A DNA stretch of 38,446 nt, taken from IMG/VR virus record IMGVR_UViG_3300011433_000005, positions 1 to 38,446 of that record; one strand, written 5' to 3'. Each line of letters begins with the position of its first letter. Positions within the stretch are counted from its first letter, which is position 1. The notes below the pieces were generated by a model. It was given only the letters and a program-made list of their open reading frames with translations, had not been told where the DNA came from and ran no database searches. Positions 34,584 to 38,446 of the stretch are shown here, in pieces. Made by a program: the position numbers and the translations under genes. Source of the DNA: a virus. Its lineage: Duplodnaviria > Caudoviricetes.

Positions 34584-35945
34584 CTAGGCTGCCTTCCGGA
34601 GGGTGAAGTGTGCGACGAGCTGCGCGCGGGCCGATGCGACCACGCCCGGCCAGTCGCCGGCGGCCGGCTGCCGCACGATCGCCATCGACGGATACCAGGG
34701 TGAGTCGGTGCGATCGATGAGCCAGCGCCATTCCGCGTGCACCGGCACGAGGAGAAACGTCGGGACGCCGATCGATCCGGCGAGGTGCGCAACCGACGTG
34801 TCCACGGTGATCACGGCGTCCAGCTTCGACAGCAGGATGGCCGTGTCGAGGAAGTCATTCACCGCCGGCGGCGTGAGTCCTGCGAGCTCGAGCTCGCGTG
34901 TCCCGATCTGCAGCGACCGCCAGCGGATCCCATCGATCGGCGCGACGAGCCCGGCCGCCGCCTCGACGGTCATTGAGCGCGCGCGGTCGTTCGGATGCGT
35001 CGGCGACCCCGCCCACACCACACCGACGTGCCGCTCCGGCCGCGGCCGCGGCTTCCAGGGCACGAACGGAATCGGCGGCGGCACGGTGTCGAGGGTCGTC
35101 TCCATCACGGCCGGCAGCGACATCATCGGCAGCTGCAGCGCGTACCCGCCGAACGTGTCCCCGCGCGCGAAGACCTCGATCTCAGGGAAGGCGCGCCGAA
35201 GGAGCCCGACCAGCGAGTCGTAAACCTCGAGGATCACGCGGCCGCCGCGCGCCGCGGCCAGCGGGACGTACCGCGCCATCATGAGCATGTCGCCGGCGCC
35301 CTGCTCACCGTGGAGGAGGAGCGTGCCGGGGAACTGGCCGCCGTTCCAGAACGGGGCGACGAGGTCGGGCCGCCCGTAGGAGTTCAGGAACTCCGGCGCC
35401 GCCCAGCGCTGCTCGTACTCGCGCCACCCCTCCCGATATTCGCCGCGGGCGAGCTTCACGAAGCTCCGGTTGAAGAAGGGGTCGCCTGCGGAGAGCGGCA
35501 GTGCGCAGGCGCGGTCCCAGCACTCTTCGCCGGCTTGGCGATCACCCAGGTCCATCAGGATGTTCCCGAGGTTGACCCATGTCGCCGCCTGCTTCGGGTC
35601 GATTTCGAGCGCGCGGAGATAGGCCGCCTGCGCGGCCATCAAGTCGCCGCGGTCCTGGTGGAACTTCCCGAAGTTGTGGAGCGCAGCGGCGTTCGTCGGC
35701 GCGCCCGCGATCGCCAGCGACATGAGCCGCATGCATTCCTCGTCGAGCCCCGGCTTCCCATGCTGCTTCCGGAGAGCCGAGAGTTGGCGCGCGGCGATTG
35801 CCGCCTGGTGCAGCGCGGCTGGATCCGAGGGGTCCGCCTCAAGCATTTGCTCGTAGTGCGCGAGCGCGCCGGCGAGGTCGCCGGCCCGGTGACGCTCCAT
35901 CCCAGCAGCGTAGATTCTGGCCCTTTTCCGGTCAGAGAGGAGCAC
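34584..35945 (-). CDS. TPR-repeat GT-B glycosyltransferase (GT9-like/FlmG-like architecture)
   Basis: N-terminal TPRs; GW.EYE.RW, W.G, HGEQGAGD, GVVWAGSP.H.ND..RS, DAVITVDTSVAHLAG..G.P, WRW...R.DSPWYPS motifs. Confidence 0.88.
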   Translation of the reverse strand: MLLSDRKRARIYAAGMERHRAGDLAGALAHYEQMLEADPSDPAALHQAAIAARQLSALRKQHGKPGLDEECMRLMSLAIAGAPTNAAALHNFGKFHQDRGDLMAAQAAYLRALEIDPKQAATWVNLGNILMDLGDRQAGEECWDRACALPLSAGDPFFNRSFVKLARGEYREGWREYEQRWAAPEFLNSYGRPDLVAPFWNGGQFPGTLLLHGEQGAGDMLMMARYVPLAAARGGRVILEVYDSLVGLLRRAFPEIEVFARGDTFGGYALQLPMMSLPAVMETTLDTVPPPIPFVPWKPRPRPERHVGVVWAGSPTHPNDRARSMTVEAAAGLVAPIDGIRWRSLQIGTRELELAGLTPPAVNDFLDTAILLSKLDAVITVDTSVAHLAGSIGVPTFLLVPVHAEWRWLIDRTDSPWYPSMAIVRQPAAGDWPGVVASARAQLVAHFTLRKAA

Positions 35946-35989
35946 GCGCCGTCGAGTGGGAGGGAAGCGACCGAGACAACAGCCGCATT

Positions 35990-36063
35990 GCTATCTTGTT
36001 GCGGTATATAGACATATAGTGCCGTCTGCGCGGACCCCGCGGTGGATTCGCTGGGAAGGACCC
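35990..36063 (-). other. Putative cos region (cosQ-cosN-AT-rich segment)
   Basis: Minus strand GGGTCCT (36063-36057) is identical to lambda cosQ; followed by a GC-rich CGCGGGGTCCGCG block and one of the most AT-rich stretches of the window; GpA-type terminase downstream. Confidence 0.7.
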
Positions 36064-36097
36064 GCGCCGTCGCGCTTCGACACACCGCGCTCGTCGG

Positions 36098-36808
36098 TCA
36101 TCGCATCGTCGCGATCGCGCGGTCGATGGCCTCGCTCGCGCGTCGCTCCCAGTTGGCCTCGGCGGTCTTCAGTGCGATCTCCTTGAAGTGCAGGTCGGGC
36201 GAGATCGCGACGCGCGGCTTGAAGGCGTAGAGCACGCGCGTGCTCGTCGCGCCGGTGCGCTGTACGAGGAACGTGCCCTTGCTCGACTTGATGAGGAACA
36301 CCAGCTCCTGCTGCTGCGGACCGTGCATGCCCTTCGCTCGACGATGCTTGATGACGCCGAGCGTGCCCGCACCGAAGCCACGTGACCCGCCCTTCGCGAT
36401 CGCAGCCATGAGCTTCTTCACGTGGAGTGGGTCGCTGCGCCCGATGATGCGCGCGGGCTCTCCGGACCTGAACACCGGCACAGCCAGCGTGTGCGAGCGC
36501 GTGGGCGTCTTCGCGCGGTCTTCCTCGAACTTCGAGAGAAAGTCCCGCTCGGGGTTGACGCGGAGCGTTCCTTCGAGGCGATCCTTGCGGGCCCGGTCCT
36601 GCGGGCCGATGTAGATCGTGCGCTCGATGAACTCGGGGCGACGGAGCGTGAACTCCCCTGGCAGCGTCGCGCGGATGGCCGCCTGCGCATCGTTCAGCAC
36701 GGCGTTTATCGCTAACGCTGTGGCGAACGGGATCTGGCCGGCGAGTCCACTCAGTGAGCTTCTGAGGTCGTCGGCACCTTCGATGCGGACCTCGAGGTGT
36801 GTGAGCAT
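36098..36808 (-). CDS. Tail completion-like protein (gpZ/HK97 gp10-like)
   Basis: QIPFATALAIN...F...; basic; C-terminal AIDRAIAT; family often found just upstream of cos. Confidence 0.6.
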   Translation of the reverse strand: MLTHLEVRIEGADDLRSSLSGLAGQIPFATALAINAVLNDAQAAIRATLPGEFTLRRPEFIERTIYIGPQDRARKDRLEGTLRVNPERDFLSKFEEDRAKTPTRSHTLAVPVFRSGEPARIIGRSDPLHVKKLMAAIAKGGSRGFGAGTLGVIKHRRAKGMHGPQQQELVFLIKSSKGTFLVQRTGATSTRVLYAFKPRVAISPDLHFKEIALKTAEANWERRASEAIDRAIATMR

Positions 36809-37098
36809 CACCCCACCTTCCAGGCGAGGAATCCGGCCACGGCCCAGAGCGAGGCGATGCCGGCCCAGCTGAGCCAGCGCCCTCGACGCTCCTCCCGGTT
36901 GACCTGTTCCCACACGAGGGCCTTTTCCACGCGGAGGTTCGACGCGTCGGCGAGGTGGTGGTGGAGCTCCTCGAGCGCGACCTGGACATCGCGCTCGGCC
37001 TCGGGATAGTCGAGCCCGCCGCGGTTCGTGAGGTGAGCCTCGAGACGCCGGATGCGGGACCAGCGCACGGCGTTGGTCATAGCGATGATCTCGGTCAT
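36808..37098 (-). CDS. Hypothetical protein with C-terminal TM segment
   Basis: Stop/start overlaps at both ends; ends WAGIASLWAVAGFLAW. Confidence 0.6.
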   Translation of the reverse strand: MTEIIAMTNAVRWSRIRRLEAHLTNRGGLDYPEAERDVQVALEELHHHLADASNLRVEKALVWEQVNREERRGRWLSWAGIASLWAVAGFLAWKVG

Positions 37099-37997
37099 CC
37101 CGCGGTCCTCATCGCGTCGCCGATGCGCACGGGGCCGGAACTCGTGCTGCGCTGGCGGGGCGGCTCCGCCGGGTGCTGTGTTTTCTCGCGTGCAGCTCGC
37201 ACCTCGCCGAAGGTGTCGCGCAGCTTGATCAGCACGAGCCGAATCGCGGCGTCGCTCTTGCGGGGTGGATCCGCCAGGACGCGCCGGCAGGTATCGTCCA
37301 GGTGATCGACGTCGACGGCCTTCACCCGTTCGCCCTTCTCGAACAAGGCCCCTTTCCCGAGTGATTCGAGGAGCTGCCGATGCACGTCTGCCTGGCGGCG
37401 CTCCGGGGCGGTCCCGTAGCAGGTGCGGAGGAGTTTCTTCGCCTGGTGGGGCAGCGGGGCGGTTCCGCTGTGGATGTTGCTGTTGCCAGCTGCGTGAGCA
37501 GCAGGCGGAGCGGAGCGGTTGTCCACACGGGAATGTGGACTCGCCTCCCCTTCGGGAAGATCTACTACTCCGCTTCCTACTCCTCTTCCTACTTCCCGCT
37601 CTATGCGCTGGACATTCGCGGGCGGCTCGCGAACGCCTCGCGAGGATTCCGCGAGGGGCATTAGAAGCGGTTTGATCTTCGACGGGGTCGGCTTGTCGAT
37701 GCGCTGGTGCTTTGACCAGTTCACGAGCTCGATCACACGGGCGCCGTCCCGCGTCCGACGCCACCGAATGCGTCCGATTTCGACGAGCCCGTCGAGCCAC
37801 ATCTCGAGGGTCTCCTGAGAAGCCGACTCGTCGAGCGGATAGAGCGTGCCGAGCAGCTGCCGCGGCGCCGCGGCGAGGTAGCCCTCGTCATCCGCCTGGG
37901 AGACCATCAACAGGAATGTCAGTCGCGTGTTGCGACAGACGGTCGCCATCTTCTCGTCGCCGGCGAACTCAGGCTTGATCGTGCGGATCCGCGCCAT
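37095..37997 (-). CDS. Phage replication initiator (replisome organiser-type)
   Basis: MARIRTIKPEF...ADDEG...NW.KHQRIDKPTPSKI N-terminal domain; low-complexity linker. Confidence 0.8.
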   Translation of the reverse strand: MARIRTIKPEFAGDEKMATVCRNTRLTFLLMVSQADDEGYLAAAPRQLLGTLYPLDESASQETLEMWLDGLVEIGRIRWRRTRDGARVIELVNWSKHQRIDKPTPSKIKPLLMPLAESSRGVREPPANVQRIEREVGRGVGSGVVDLPEGEASPHSRVDNRSAPPAAHAAGNSNIHSGTAPLPHQAKKLLRTCYGTAPERRQADVHRQLLESLGKGALFEKGERVKAVDVDHLDDTCRRVLADPPRKSDAAIRLVLIKLRDTFGEVRAAREKTQHPAEPPRQRSTSSGPVRIGDAMRTAG

Positions 37998-38446
37998 CAG
38001 GCAGCCCCCCGGCTCGGGCGGTGCTCCTCGAAATACTCGCGCACCCTGCTCGGCCGCACCCACACGGTGCCGCGGTTCCCATGCGTGACGCCGAGCTCCT
38101 TGGGCTGCCGCTCGACGCCGACGGAGACGAGGCCCATGCGCCGGCCGAGCGCGCCCAGGGCGTCGAGCCGCTCCTTCCCGTCATTCGCGAGGAGCTGCTC
38201 GCGCTCGAGGTGGACGCGCACGAGGCCGACCGTGACCCACCCCTGCGCGTCCAGGATCGCGTTCGCGGCGCGGGTGGCCAGCTCGAGGAGCTTCTCGCCG
38301 TCGTCGGTCTCTCCGGCCAGCCTCGCGTGGTCATCAGGCCGATTCACCCTTTCATTCTTAGGGTGTATTTCGGTCTCTCCATGCAGCCGCCCGGCCCGCA
38401 CCTCATGGGATGAAGTGACGTTCTCCGACCCGGACGACTGCGCGAA
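37997..38446 (-). CDS. Hypothetical protein, frame open to the window edge
   Basis: No stop from 38446 to TGA at 37997, which overlaps the initiator ATG. Confidence 0.6.
   Translation of the reverse strand, partial: FAQSSGSENVTSSHEVRAGRLHGETEIHPKNERVNRPDDHARLAGETDDGEKLLELATRAANAILDAQGWVTVGLVRVHLEREQLLANDGKERLDALGALGRRMGLVSVGVERQPKELGVTHGNRGTVWVRPSRVREYFEEHRPSRGAA

Larger units (their letters stand above)
1..38446. mobile_element. Temperate siphovirus-type phage genome, near complete, probably excised/circularly permuted form
   Basis: Integrase, att core, repressor/ImmA, RecT, replication initiator, cos, terminase, portal, capsid, tail tube, tape measure and lysis genes are all present; no host housekeeping genes; phage-type genes on both sides of the att core. 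Confidence 0.93.

Overview
High-GC temperate siphophage, most likely a near-complete circularly permuted genome in the excised (attP) state, broken at a tandem repeat at base 1. Almost all genes are on the minus strand and linked by overlapping stop/start codons. From the immunity switch at about 8.3-8.4 kb the leftward arm runs Cro-like RHH, RecT, DUF2303 pair, Xis-like, a 15-aa-repeat protein and a tyrosine integrase. It then crosses the att core (3' half of tRNA-Ala(UGC)), an IS1595 remnant, and DUF6527-like, RQGDV and DUF6745-like genes. From the right end the genes run replication initiator, lambda-like cos, a TPR-glycosyltransferase plus two methyltransferases, TerS/TerL, a wHTH regulator, head, tail (G/GT frameshift), lysis and a second block of fibre-like genes. 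The plus strand holds the repressor, ImmA/IrrE peptidase and three envelope morons. Four features stand out: (1) perfect DNA hairpins directly abutting both in-frame tandem repeat arrays; (2) attP inside the lytic-direction gene chain, so excision could gate replication and packaging; (3) a duplicated 51-bp late promoter element with a GCAA-capped hairpin beside a wHTH gene; (4) a protein-glycosylation/methylation cassette between cos and terS. Family assignments come from motif recognition by eye; no database search was run.
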